Virus record (IMG/VR): IMGVR_UViG_3300030108_003227
Location: 1-58,465 of that record
Reading direction: 5' to 3' (one strand)
DNA from: a virus
Taxonomy: Duplodnaviria > Caudoviricetes
Length of the DNA stretch: 58,465 nt
Below the pieces are notes generated by a model that was not told the DNA's origin, ran no database searches, and saw only the letters and a list, made by a program, of their open reading frames with translations. Of the stretch, positions 7,344 to 17,076 are shown one piece after another; the first letter of the stretch is position 1; every line of letters starts with the position of its first letter. The position numbers were made by a program, and so were the translations under genes.

Positions 7344-9497
7344 TTAAGGAGAAGATTTGGAGATGTCAAACTTTTCCTCTATGTTCACAACCCACACCTT
7401 ACCCCCTCCCTTACCCGAAGAGTGCACGGGGCGTATGTTTTTATTAGTTTTCCCTGCCTCTTCCAAGGTGGACATGCCCCGCCTTACAAATTCCAGATTG
7501 TTGCTCATACCCACACTTCTCCCGTTGTTCATGTCGTGGAGCATCACCTGAAATTCTGTCAGGGTGCCCTCCCAATTTACCATATTCGGATTAACGTCTC
7601 GGCAACGCTTGGAGAATATCTCCACCAGTTCCGCTACTGCTGATCTACTGGAGTTGTCGTAAGCCGCAGACGCCACGGATTCGTCTATAAAACTGACCAC
7701 CCCAAATCGTCCGTAGTCCTCTACCTCCTGTGGCGGGGTCCAGTCCATAAGCCACTTGGCCAGAAACGGCAGTTCCTCTTCAATAGTCGCTTCCAGTTTC
7801 ATGTTTGGGGGGAAGTCACTGGTCGCACCATCCCGCACACGTAGTGCCATCAGCTTGTCTCGGTTACTGCTATCGAGGGCGGGTATAACGGATAGGCTAT
7901 TTGCATCCATATTTAAGGATAAGATAACGCGCCCAGACCACGGAATTGAGATCGCGTCCGCATATTTAGCCATGTATTCGATTCTAGGGTTGGCTACGGC
8001 GCGTTTAATTAGCTCTGTTGCCTTTCTTTGGTCCTGAAATGAACTCGCACTGGTTGTATCGTCAATTACCCATGCAGCTACTCGACCTAGATCCTTGTTA
8101 AATTTTGTGTGCCCAGACAGGTAATCCGAAGCGTCAGAGAACCCACCAACCAGTCCGGAGATAACTCTGTTTGATAAAAGTGACTTACCGCGCCCTGTCG
8201 GACCTACCAGAATCAGGGCTTGTCCTTGATACGGTTGCTTCTCCAGCACAGCAGTGTAGAACCGTTTGAGCCACGCAAAGAAATAGTCGCTAGTCGGTTG
8301 GGGTGTTGAGTTCTCAAATAATTGGTGCAGCCAGTCATGGAGGAAGGGCCAGTTTTTTGGGTCACCGTCATCTGCTGGTTCAACAGGTTCGATAGTTGAA
8401 GTATTAAGAATACGGTTACCGTTGCACTCCACAACCCGTTCGTTGGAAAATATCACAGGTGCGATTTCGCTGATCCGATTCTGGTTACTGATGACCAGTA
8501 TAGCAGCTTCCACTTCCGAGAGAGTCTGACCCTTTTTAAGTCTCACAGAAAAACCCATCTGCCTCAGCTCCAAGACTAGTTGCTCCCGTGGGATCTGCAC
8601 TGCTGTGTTAAAGAGTAATTTGAAAAAGGTTCGCCCATTAAACCAGTATTCATCCAACAGGTTACCCATCTTCTGCTGCTCGTATTCCTCTACGAACTTG
8701 GGGCCGAGAATTTCTCTCCAGCTAAGGAACCCTTTACCCGCCCTGTCCGAGTAGCAGAGCATTCCATCCTCTGTTACCTGACACCCTTCACGGTCTACCC
8801 CATCATCCACCCAGAAAAGTGGACCCCTAGCACCGACTTCAAAATCACCGACCCATCTGTTGGGAAATCGCGCTTCGATTTCAGCAGCAACCACATCAAT
8901 AGGGATAGATGTATCACTTGTTTGCGGGGGCCTTTCTGCTGCTGCCTTAAACAAGGCTGTTTGGGCAATGTTTATTGCTATTGGTGTCCCAATCTTTGTC
9001 CAGTCTTCACCTAATTCAAAATACTGCGATGCCTTTAATGATGTAGGGTCAAACCCCGCAAACACCTTGTCTAGCTTAAGGGTAAATTTTATATTCTTCA
9101 TAAAGAGGTCGAACATCTGCGGGGAGATGGGTAAACCTTCTTCAAATTCCCAGACCAGTCGAATGTAACCAGACTGTGTTTTAGAACGCCAAGTTGGTGG
9201 ATACTCTTTGCATTTAACTTGTATGTCTCCATCCACATTGGCCCACTGCACAGGGGCATCATAGTCTGCAACTACACCGTAAATACAATTCGGTGGGTTG
9301 TCCCCCGCCACCCGCTCAGAAGGAGCATCCCCCTCAACCATGCTGTAGAACACATGGTCAGTTGTCTTGTTCGCGCACCATGCCCTGTAATCTGCCTTCT
9401 TTCTAAACTTAGGTTTTACTTTTTTGATTAAGGATAGGTCGTTACTCTTTTGAGTTTTGTTATCTCTAAGGTTCTTAATATATCTATATGTAATCAT
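7344..9497 (-). CDS. Primase-helicase (AEP-like N-terminus + D5/SF3-like NTPase)
   Basis: DYD motif at the N-terminus; Walker A GPTGRGKS, Walker B WVIDD; next to the DNA polymerase. Confidence 0.75.
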   Translation of the reverse strand: MITYRYIKNLRDNKTQKSNDLSLIKKVKPKFRKKADYRAWCANKTTDHVFYSMVEGDAPSERVAGDNPPNCIYGVVADYDAPVQWANVDGDIQVKCKEYPPTWRSKTQSGYIRLVWEFEEGLPISPQMFDLFMKNIKFTLKLDKVFAGFDPTSLKASQYFELGEDWTKIGTPIAINIAQTALFKAAAERPPQTSDTSIPIDVVAAEIEARFPNRWVGDFEVGARGPLFWVDDGVDREGCQVTEDGMLCYSDRAGKGFLSWREILGPKFVEEYEQQKMGNLLDEYWFNGRTFFKLLFNTAVQIPREQLVLELRQMGFSVRLKKGQTLSEVEAAILVISNQNRISEIAPVIFSNERVVECNGNRILNTSTIEPVEPADDGDPKNWPFLHDWLHQLFENSTPQPTSDYFFAWLKRFYTAVLEKQPYQGQALILVGPTGRGKSLLSNRVISGLVGGFSDASDYLSGHTKFNKDLGRVAAWVIDDTTSASSFQDQRKATELIKRAVANPRIEYMAKYADAISIPWSGRVILSLNMDANSLSVIPALDSSNRDKLMALRVRDGATSDFPPNMKLEATIEEELPFLAKWLMDWTPPQEVEDYGRFGVVSFIDESVASAAYDNSSRSAVAELVEIFSKRCRDVNPNMVNWEGTLTEFQVMLHDMNNGRSVGMSNNLEFVRRGMSTLEEAGKTNKNIRPVHSSGKGGGKVWVVNIEEKFDISKSSP

Positions 9498-11242
9498 TTT
9501 TCGTATCTTGTAAGTATTGCTCCTTCAGCATCAAGTGGCAGGTCAATCCACTCAGGGGGTTGCGACATGATATCCACCACCCCCTTGTAAACCTTCTCTG
9601 CGTCCTGCGCGTCAACCTCGATCACCATTTCATCGTGGACATGGAACACGATATTATGCCCCGCACTGCTGACGCGCAGTAGCATGTCACTGAATATATC
9701 TCGCGCCAGTGCTTGAGAAGCATTTTCCGCAACCAGCCCACCCCACAGTTTGATAGGCACCCGTTTTCCGTTTCTTGGCAGCAAAGCCGTTTCCTTAAAA
9801 TCAGCCCCCCGCTTGATTATCCCGTAATCCAAAACCCTGCCACTTGGCAAGGTGACAGAGAACGGTATCTTATGGGCGCAGCTCGCTTTGATGTCTGCGT
9901 TATATTTGGCCCACAGTCTGGTCACCGTAGGCATGTGCGTCCGGTAAATATCGACGGCTGTGTTTGCCTCATGCTGGGTCATACCAGACATTTCCCTGAA
10001 GCGGTTTTTACCTGCTCCGTAACCACAGCCCAAGACCATCTGTTTTACCTTGTGCCTTAGTGCTGGATTTTTCTTCTTCAGAGATCCGGACTCCTCACTC
10101 CACATCTTAAACCGGATGGCGAATGCTTCGTAGATGTCATCCACGTTGGCGATCTCATCCAGCATGCCATCATCCTTTGCCAGCCAGCAAAGGGTGCGGA
10201 CTTCGATCTGACTGAGATCCACCACCACAAGACGTTTACTTTCCTCAGTAGCAATCAGGTGTCGCAGGTTGACACCAAACATTTCACTGCGTGGTAAGTT
10301 CTGGAGATTCAAGTTCCCACCCGATCCACTGAAGCGCCCTGTATGTGCTCCGAAATACATGATGCCTCCGTAGTATCGGTTGTCGGGCATGGTGGCATAA
10401 TCAAAAGATTCTATTTTCTTCTTTAGGGCATTGATACGCCGCCAGTTTTTTACCGCCCCAACCCACGGATGTGCCGCCGAATGGGTATCTATCCATTTTT
10501 GTGATTCCTCGTTACTAGCCGCTAGACTGGCAGGAGGCTCCAGTCCCACCTTGCGGCACTCGTCATTGAATGCCGCCCTGCTTAAAAGTGGACGTTCACC
10601 GTTCCAAGGGATCGACTGTTCCACGTTGAACAGTTCAACCTTAATGGTTTCAAGTTGCTTCTTTAACAGGTCAATGTCGATAGGGATGCCGCCCTGCACA
10701 ATTTTCCTGTTGAGGTGGCTTATAGCCCTTTCCGTCTCAGGCCAGTGCTCGTTGTGTTTTAGCCAGAGTTCAAGGCACAGCTCGGCATCCTTGAGGGCAT
10801 AATCACACACCTCTTTCTGGATTTCCGGTTTCAGCTTGTCCCACCTCTTTCCGGACATCCGGTCGCGGGTGGACTTGCTTACTTCATACCCAAGCGATTC
10901 TTCAGCCGCTCCTTTAAGCGAGCGAGGAAGTTTACAAAATGCCGCCATATCCGCTGTGCAAAACCATGCTTGCGGTTTGGCTTCCGGCCACCACCCTTCT
11001 TTAATTCCATAAAGATGTAGGGTTTCATCGAAGGAGGCATTATGTGCGATTACGATATTCCCGTTTAGGGTGTGCCAATCAAAGAAATCAGGGTGCCCAA
11101 CAAACTTGGTGCCATCCGTCCCCACCACCGAAACCATATATGCTTCAAATTCGGGGTGGGAAAAATAACCAAGAGAACCGAGGTTTTTTATTGAGCAGCT
11201 CTTATCGTAATACGTTTCAAAATCTAGAGCGTAAGTTTCCAC
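9494..11242 (-). CDS. polA: Family A DNA polymerase with 3'-5' exonuclease
   Basis: ExoI DFETY, ExoII HNASFD, ExoIII YALKD; TGRFSG, NLQNLPR, motif A DLSQIEVR, B RHKVKQMVLGCGYG, C VHDE; GTG 11242 likely start. Confidence 0.93.
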   Translation of the reverse strand: METYALDFETYYDKSCSIKNLGSLGYFSHPEFEAYMVSVVGTDGTKFVGHPDFFDWHTLNGNIVIAHNASFDETLHLYGIKEGWWPEAKPQAWFCTADMAAFCKLPRSLKGAAEESLGYEVSKSTRDRMSGKRWDKLKPEIQKEVCDYALKDAELCLELWLKHNEHWPETERAISHLNRKIVQGGIPIDIDLLKKQLETIKVELFNVEQSIPWNGERPLLSRAAFNDECRKVGLEPPASLAASNEESQKWIDTHSAAHPWVGAVKNWRRINALKKKIESFDYATMPDNRYYGGIMYFGAHTGRFSGSGGNLNLQNLPRSEMFGVNLRHLIATEESKRLVVVDLSQIEVRTLCWLAKDDGMLDEIANVDDIYEAFAIRFKMWSEESGSLKKKNPALRHKVKQMVLGCGYGAGKNRFREMSGMTQHEANTAVDIYRTHMPTVTRLWAKYNADIKASCAHKIPFSVTLPSGRVLDYGIIKRGADFKETALLPRNGKRVPIKLWGGLVAENASQALARDIFSDMLLRVSSAGHNIVFHVHDEMVIEVDAQDAEKVYKGVVDIMSQPPEWIDLPLDAEGAILTRYEK

Positions 11243-11248
11243 AGGTCT

Positions 11249-11312
11249 AAAAAACCCCCGCCTCAATCAGCAACATAGACACACACCATACAATACTGAA
11301 AGAAGCGGGGGT
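11249..11312 (-). terminator. Intrinsic terminator/attenuator-like hairpin just upstream of polA
   Basis: Minus strand ACCCCCGC...GCGGGGGT followed by a T-run. Confidence 0.5.
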
Positions 11313-11319
11313 AGCTAAT

Positions 11320-11419
11320 AGAGATGTTGGTTGCCCAGCTTTTATACGGTTACTGGACAGGCGATGAATTAACTAGAGAAAACAAGAAAACCCCGCCGTA
11401 TTACCCTTCCAACACCTCT
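11320..11419 (-). ncRNA. Candidate structured RNA
   Basis: Closing stem AGAGGUGUUGG/CCAACAUCUCU, inner stem UGUCCAGU/GCUGGGCA, possible pseudoknot AUACGG/CCGUAU. Confidence 0.45.
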
Positions 11420-11426
11420 GTAATTA

Positions 11427-11711
11427 TCAATCGCTTTTAGCTTCAAAGGTGAGTGTTACCTCACCGTCTTCACCCACCGCAATATCGGGGGAGTCCTCAA
11501 AACTTACCTCAGTCTGTTTATGCACTTGGTCGAGACCTAGTTGCATACAGGTTCTGAGGGAATCCAGATTAGTTCGTGCTTCCACAGCCTCACTAATCTT
11601 GGAGTCCAGTTCATCAATCGCTAATGTCAGTTTATCAATCTCGGCATTAACGATCTTGGTCGTAGGGTCTTGCACCTCGACAAGCTCTGGCTTCTTTTTC
11701 TTCTTAGCCAT
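11427..11711 (-). CDS. Hypothetical coiled-coil protein, 94 aa
   Basis: ORF within the operon. Confidence 0.6.
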   Translation of the reverse strand: MAKKKKKPELVEVQDPTTKIVNAEIDKLTLAIDELDSKISEAVEARTNLDSLRTCMQLGLDQVHKQTEVSFEDSPDIAVGEDGEVTLTFEAKSD

Positions 11712-11716
11712 GCCTA

Positions 11717-12373
11717 CTACTGAGTGAACTGCTTGATGAAGGCTATGACCTCCGGATCGGGCTTCTCTTCCGTATCCTTCTGCCGAAGGCTAGGAGCGTA
11801 GTAAGTCACCTTTCCGTCGATGCTAATCGACTCCAGTTCCCAGAAGACGTTGAACGGAGGATCATCCGGCCCCCTAAGCTGGCCGTAAGTCGCCAGCCGC
11901 TTGAAGGTTTGAGAGTAAGCCATCTTAGCCACGTTCAAGCGACCAAGTGCATAGTTCTTCCCTCCGATGGGAAACGGGTAAGCCCCCGCTCCTTTAGCCT
12001 CTTCAGGCTCCGGAAACATAAGGGTGATATTGGCGAACTCAATGATCGGGTATTCACTATCCTTTTTGAGTTCTGCAAGATCCTCCGGAGTGTAGACAGA
12101 CCGTCCCATCTCTCCGACCCCAAAGGGTTTATCCTCACGGAAACCTTTCACGGCAGAAACCGGAAGAACCGTAACGGGTTGGTTCACCTCTGCGAGAACG
12201 TGACGCTTGTCAATAACGATGCTTCCGTGAGGTGCTTCAATCTGGCTCACTGCTTGCACCACGTTAAGGCGGGGGATGTCGATGTCCTCTGCCGTAATCT
12301 CAAACCCACCAGTGTGGGGGACAATCTCGTTTTGCGGATCGTCTTGTTCAACTAATGCTGATGTATCACTCAT
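11717..12373 (-). CDS. Putative ssDNA-binding/annealing protein
   Basis: EDIDIPRLNVVQAVS N-terminal motif; position between nuclease and polymerase; ATG 12373 preferred. Confidence 0.5.
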   Translation of the reverse strand: MSDTSALVEQDDPQNEIVPHTGGFEITAEDIDIPRLNVVQAVSQIEAPHGSIVIDKRHVLAEVNQPVTVLPVSAVKGFREDKPFGVGEMGRSVYTPEDLAELKKDSEYPIIEFANITLMFPEPEEAKGAGAYPFPIGGKNYALGRLNVAKMAYSQTFKRLATYGQLRGPDDPPFNVFWELESISIDGKVTYYAPSLRQKDTEEKPDPEVIAFIKQFTQ

Positions 12374-12395
12374 GTTAATATTTAATGCTACTCTG

Positions 12396-13511
12396 TTACT
12401 TCTCCGAAAGAGTCCATCTCTCCGAAGTGCGGGTGATAATGTCCTTCTCTTCGCAAGCGTCAAGAAATTCTTCCACATTTTTTTCTGGCACCCCGTTTGC
12501 GGCTAGGCACTTGGCAACTTTGGTCACCGTGAGAGAGGCAACTTCCAGCAACTCTTCGTCCGTAACTCCGTAATCTTTGGCTAGTTCAACCAACTTTGTG
12601 TGGTCAGAGATTTTACGCAGTGAGCCAAGTGAGCGTAACTTGAAGTTGTCGTATTCAGCCCCGTCTTTAGCAACAGCGATTGCTTTCTTACGAATCGTTT
12701 CTGCCCACTTGGACAAGGTGCTGCTGACGGCAAACATCTTCTCCAGTTCCACAGGATCATCGACAGCTCCAATTTGGAATTCAGGCAGGGTGTTATCGAG
12801 TTGTGCTGCAACTGAGATAGCGAGTCCTCCCAAAGCAGGGCACCGTTCTTCATGCCGACAGTAGATGCAGTGCGCGGTTGGTTTGAGTGTGTTCATATCG
12901 GGCGTTCCCTTTTCCCACTTGGGCCTAGTGATTGAGGCCGACTTGATGACACTTGTGATGGCGGCTTGCAGCGCCCCGATATCACGCCTCTTGAATGTGT
13001 GGTGCAGGGTTACCTCTCGCTGAGGGACATAGAATACAAAAGTGATCTCAGTAAGGTCTTCAAATGCTTGGAAAGCACCGATGGTGTATGCCCACGCTTG
13101 CCAGTTCGTTTCAGGTGGGTCTATCTTCGACACTCCTGTCTTGTAGTCAGCCATGACCGCAGTGTTGTTGTCGAATATGGTGAGCCGATCACAAGTCCCC
13201 CATGTCAACACACCGTCATTCAACTTGATGTCGAGGGCGATTTCCATGTGGTCCGAACTGTCTTTGTTGTCCCCCCTTGCGGCTAATAGGAAAGCATCTT
13301 CCTCTTCTACAATCTGCTCGTAGATTGCCACCTCGTCAGCGCCTTTCAATCCTGATGGGTCACGCACCTCCAGAGCTTCGTGGATACGGGTGCCTTTCTC
13401 AGCAGCGGGGCTTGTGCCATCCTTGCCGTGGTAACCACTGCATTTTGCGATATACTTCAATGCCGATGGTGAAAACTCGGCGTGGTCTCTGTCAGCGTGT
13501 GGAGAACTCAT
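12396..13511 (-). CDS. Cas4-like/DUF2800-type PD-(D/E)XK exonuclease
   Basis: FSPSAL..C, GTRIH, GTCD, ADYKTG, QAWAY, C-terminal CxxC....C. Confidence 0.82.
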   Translation of the reverse strand: MSSPHADRDHAEFSPSALKYIAKCSGYHGKDGTSPAAEKGTRIHEALEVRDPSGLKGADEVAIYEQIVEEEDAFLLAARGDNKDSSDHMEIALDIKLNDGVLTWGTCDRLTIFDNNTAVMADYKTGVSKIDPPETNWQAWAYTIGAFQAFEDLTEITFVFYVPQREVTLHHTFKRRDIGALQAAITSVIKSASITRPKWEKGTPDMNTLKPTAHCIYCRHEERCPALGGLAISVAAQLDNTLPEFQIGAVDDPVELEKMFAVSSTLSKWAETIRKKAIAVAKDGAEYDNFKLRSLGSLRKISDHTKLVELAKDYGVTDEELLEVASLTVTKVAKCLAANGVPEKNVEEFLDACEEKDIITRTSERWTLSEK

Positions 13512-13525
13512 AGTCCTCCCGTCTA

Positions 13526-14017
13526 CTAATTTTTCTGCACGCGAGTCAAATAGTATCTCGCAATAAGAAACGCATCAATCATGCCGTCATGGGGTGTGCG
13601 GCACCTTTTATTCTTCAGCCAGTTCTCTTCGGGGGCAAGTTCCTGTGCCATACCTAAAGCGAATACCTTTGATTTCCCTTTAGCCATCGCGCCAAGCATT
13701 TGTTTCTGCCACTTGTGAACCGAAATACGGGTTGCTTCAAAACCACAACATTCAGCCATGCCCATCAATTTCCCAAAACTAAGAGCCATTGATCGCACAG
13801 CCTGTGAACTTTTGGCAAACCCTAATGGTTCCTCAACAGCAAGGACGAAGGGGGTCTCTAAATCGAGGAGCCATTTTTTTATTTTTGCCGTGTCAATTTC
13901 GGTCTTTTTAGACCTTTGCATGGTGGGCATGGGAATCTTATCTACAATGCCCCCATCAAATTCAGAGACAGCACACAGCCCCCCTTGCAGACCGTTATCT
14001 ACACCTACTATAATCAC
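13526..14017 (-). CDS. RuvC-like Holliday junction resolvase
   Basis: IVGVDNG..GG, AVEE, WQK, HDGMIDAFLIA. Confidence 0.82.
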   Translation of the reverse strand: MIIVGVDNGLQGGLCAVSEFDGGIVDKIPMPTMQRSKKTEIDTAKIKKWLLDLETPFVLAVEEPLGFAKSSQAVRSMALSFGKLMGMAECCGFEATRISVHKWQKQMLGAMAKGKSKVFALGMAQELAPEENWLKNKRCRTPHDGMIDAFLIARYYLTRVQKN

Positions 14018-14018
14018 T

Positions 14019-14261
14019 TTAGTGCGGGATTGCGTGCGCCGATATAATCAATCCGTTGCCTTCGGCTGGAGCAAAGTAGTCGTATCCTTTTTGCAGCGCC
14101 CGTATATACGCCACATCTCTGGCGTTGGCCGGAACTACCCTGTAAAATTTGCCGACCCTTTCTTGCACATTAAACGTAAAATCATTTTTTAAAGGGTCAT
14201 CTTTACGAAGAAGAACCTTCGGGTTTTTTTCCACTCTCCTGTTCTGTAGTAGATTACTCAT
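14019..14261 (-). CDS. Hypothetical protein, 80 aa
   Basis: Coupled ORF in the operon. Confidence 0.6.
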   Translation of the reverse strand: MSNLLQNRRVEKNPKVLLRKDDPLKNDFTFNVQERVGKFYRVVPANARDVAYIRALQKGYDYFAPAEGNGLIISAHAIPH

Positions 14262-14608
14262 TCATCAATGATGCTCGTATCTAAAAAACAAGGAGACTCC
14301 GGACCCAGATCAGTGTCCATTAACTGTTCTAGCGCCAACTTTGCTTGTGGTTCTGTCAGCCCATGTTTGGATTTTAAAATAGAGAGTGTCATGCTGGAGG
14401 AGTAACACGCCACTGATGGGTGGGACGGGTGCTCCACAACTCCAAGAAGAGCCTCTTTAAGCTCAGAGAATAAAACAAGTTTAGGTTTGTATTCCCCCTC
14501 TTCTTTGTCGTCTGCAACAGCGTAGCAATTAAAGCTAAGTTGCCGCTCTGCAAAAGGGTCGTCCATTGGGTCATAATCAAAACCCGACCCATCAAAATCA
14601 CTTATCAT
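14258..14608 (-). CDS. Hypothetical protein, 116 aa
   Basis: Coupled ORF in the operon. Confidence 0.6.
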   Translation of the reverse strand: MISDFDGSGFDYDPMDDPFAERQLSFNCYAVADDKEEGEYKPKLVLFSELKEALLGVVEHPSHPSVACYSSSMTLSILKSKHGLTEPQAKLALEQLMDTDLGPESPCFLDTSIIDE

Positions 14609-15212
14609 TTGGTTCGATGTCGATTACTGGTTGCACGCTGCCCTTACCTTTGTCGGCTTTCCCATTATTCAGGATAGAGATGTCAATTTGCATCTTGCTG
14701 TTTCCTCCTGCTTTTGCATTTAGACCAAGGCTTCTGCGTATAATCTGGTCTAGTTGATCAAGATCCTTCACCGTTCTAGGCCCCCTGAGATTTTTAATAT
14801 TATCTCGCATTAGCTTAATACCAGCGGCAGCAATGTAGTGCTGGTATTTTTCTGCTGGGGTGGTCTGACTTTCTGCGATTTCCAAAATGGCTTGGTCCTC
14901 TTCTAGTCGAGCGTCATGCTGCGCTGATAAGATTGCTTCTCTTGTTCTCTTATCTAGGTTGTCTTCTAAGTCTTTAGCTAATTCGTCAGCATCGAATTCA
15001 ACTTCAGCGTCTGGGCTAACCGTTGTTTGTGGTTGCTCATACGACATACCGCTGTTGTTTTTGCGTGGGGGGAGTCCCATTTTTTTGAACCACCTTCGCA
15101 CTGTTCCTGAATGCACTCCCAGCTCCTTAGCGATTGCGACTGTTTTCCAGTCTGCGTTGTAGAGCTTTACCGCCCGTTCTTGCAGGGTCTCTTTAGGTTT
15201 GTCAGCAGCCAC
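14598..15212 (-). CDS. HTH protein, putative terminase small subunit
   Basis: AVKLY...IAKELGVHSGTVRRW N-terminal HTH with a helical body; adjacent to TerL. Confidence 0.55.
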   Translation of the reverse strand: MAADKPKETLQERAVKLYNADWKTVAIAKELGVHSGTVRRWFKKMGLPPRKNNSGMSYEQPQTTVSPDAEVEFDADELAKDLEDNLDKRTREAILSAQHDARLEEDQAILEIAESQTTPAEKYQHYIAAAGIKLMRDNIKNLRGPRTVKDLDQLDQIIRRSLGLNAKAGGNSKMQIDISILNNGKADKGKGSVQPVIDIEPNDK

Positions 15213-15246
15213 GATCTTTATTACGTTACTCTTTAATTATGGCCAA
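15199..15246. promoter_or_regulatory. Overlapping divergent sigma70-like promoters
   Basis: Plus TTGTCA-17-TACGTT; minus TTGGCC-17-TAATAA. Confidence 0.4.
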
Positions 15247-17026
15247 GAAGAAGCGGTCCATCAAGGCGATACTAGAGCCACGAATTGACCCCAAAACAAA
15301 GAAGATGGATGTCGGTGGCTTACTGATACCTCCAACGAGTGTCTTGACAGGGTTGCTGTATGGCTTCGCCCACCATGATTCTGTGCGCGCCAAGGAGTTC
15401 TATTTCTGGCGCATTTGCGATGAGCTTTGGAACAACGCAGACTTACCAGAAAAGTTAATGGTGAAACATCCTTGGGCCACACAAATGATTCGGGCCGCGT
15501 TAAACAACAAATATCTTTCCATTGGGGGGTCAGCTTCTTCCGGAAAATCACATACGATGGCGGCATGGGGAATCGTAAACTGGTTGTCTCAACCGAAGGA
15601 TACCTTAGTCCTGATGACATCAACCACGTTAAGGGAAGCCCGTAAACGTATTTGGGGTTCCGTAATGTCTCTTTTAACCGTCATTGAAGGAGCACCAATT
15701 AAGATTAGGGACTCTATTGGTAACGCGGCTTACATTGATGAAAACGGCACGCTCATCGAAAGAGCAGGTATTTCTTTGATTGCCGCAGAAAAAAGTAAGA
15801 CCCGTGAGGCAGTTGGTAAGTTTATCGGTATTAAACAAAAACGAGTTATCTTGATTGGTGACGAGCTTTCAGAACTATCTGAGGCCATCTTACAAGCGGG
15901 GCTATCGAACTTATCTAAAAACCCCACATTTCAGTTAATAGGGATGTCCAACCCCAACAGCCGATTTGACGCTTTTGGGGTCTGGTCTGAGCCAAAAAAT
16001 GGTTGGGACTCAGTGGAAACAAATGTTGATGATACTTGGAAAACCAAGTGGGGTGGCCGCTACATCCGGTTAGATGGTGAGCGCAGCCCCAACATTCTGG
16101 CGGGGGATGTTATTTATCCGTGGCTCCCCACCCAGCAAAAACTTGACGAGGATAAAGCCCTGCTGGGAGAGGAATCCCGAGGCTACATGCGAATGGTCAG
16201 GGCGGTGTTCTTTGATTCTGATGAAGCCACAGGCATCTACAACGAGAACGAGCTAACCATGAGCGGTGCGCTTCAGCGTGTTGACTGGCAGGGCGGGGTA
16301 ACCAAGGTGGCTGGGGTTGACCCCGCATTTACGAATGGGGGCGACCGCACCATATTATACACAGCCACAGTGGGTTATAATAATAACGGTCATTACGTGC
16401 TAGAGTTCGGGGAAGCAGTCCATCTTAACGATGACGCGACCAATAAAGCAGTGCCACGGACCTACCAGATTGTGCGTCAGATTAAGGAACATTGCGAAAA
16501 GTTAAACATCCTGCCTGAAAATGTAGCCGTTGATGCGACTGGTGCGGGTGCTCCGTTCTGCGATGTGTTGGCAGGAGAATGGTCAAATAGGTTTATGCGG
16601 GTAGGATTCGGGGGCCGAGCCAGCGATAAACGGGTCAGCGCCAGTAGCCAACTCATTGGTGAAGAGTTATATGTGAACAGAGTGTCGGAGCTTTGGTTCG
16701 TTGGCAAAGAATTGATGCGGACTCGACAAGTATTCGGAGTGAGCACTGATCTGGCCAGCGAGATAACGTCCCGCAACTATGATATGGTCAAAAGCGGCAC
16801 CCTCCGTGTTAAGATAGAATCTAAACCTGAGTTTAAGGCCCGTTTCGGACGCAGCCCAGACCTTGCGGACGCTGCGTTTTTGGCCCTTGATTGTGCCCGT
16901 CAGCGGCTTGGGCTTGTGGCGGTGGACCCCCCAAAGGAAGGTGACAAGAATTTCAAGCGACCCCCCAAGACGATCAAGCAGTTAGGGGCCGCATTACAGA
17001 ATTCTGGGGCAGTTTTGCTGGATTGA
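15239..17026 (+). CDS. terL: Terminase large subunit
   Basis: Walker A GSASSGKS, Walker B ILIGDE, MSNP coupling motif, nuclease GVDPA..GGD, SPDLADA. Confidence 0.9.
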   Translation: MAKKKRSIKAILEPRIDPKTKKMDVGGLLIPPTSVLTGLLYGFAHHDSVRAKEFYFWRICDELWNNADLPEKLMVKHPWATQMIRAALNNKYLSIGGSASSGKSHTMAAWGIVNWLSQPKDTLVLMTSTTLREARKRIWGSVMSLLTVIEGAPIKIRDSIGNAAYIDENGTLIERAGISLIAAEKSKTREAVGKFIGIKQKRVILIGDELSELSEAILQAGLSNLSKNPTFQLIGMSNPNSRFDAFGVWSEPKNGWDSVETNVDDTWKTKWGGRYIRLDGERSPNILAGDVIYPWLPTQQKLDEDKALLGEESRGYMRMVRAVFFDSDEATGIYNENELTMSGALQRVDWQGGVTKVAGVDPAFTNGGDRTILYTATVGYNNNGHYVLEFGEAVHLNDDATNKAVPRTYQIVRQIKEHCEKLNILPENVAVDATGAGAPFCDVLAGEWSNRFMRVGFGGRASDKRVSASSQLIGEELYVNRVSELWFVGKELMRTRQVFGVSTDLASEITSRNYDMVKSGTLRVKIESKPEFKARFGRSPDLADAAFLALDCARQRLGLVAVDPPKEGDKNFKRPPKTIKQLGAALQNSGAVLLD

Positions 17027-17051
17027 CACGCCCCCCTTAAATACATAATAT
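17023..17051 (+). promoter_or_regulatory. Sigma70-like promoter
   Basis: TTGACA-17 bp-TAATAT upstream of the ejection-protein block. Confidence 0.6.
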
Positions 17052-17076
17052 CTCTAAGCACTTTAGCATTTTTGCT

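Noticed and set aside
11320-11419. Assigning the structured element to hammerhead, HDV, twister or pistol ribozymes
   Set aside because: The catalytic core consensus was not found by eye; the GCUGGGCAAC match to HDV is short and probably coincidental.
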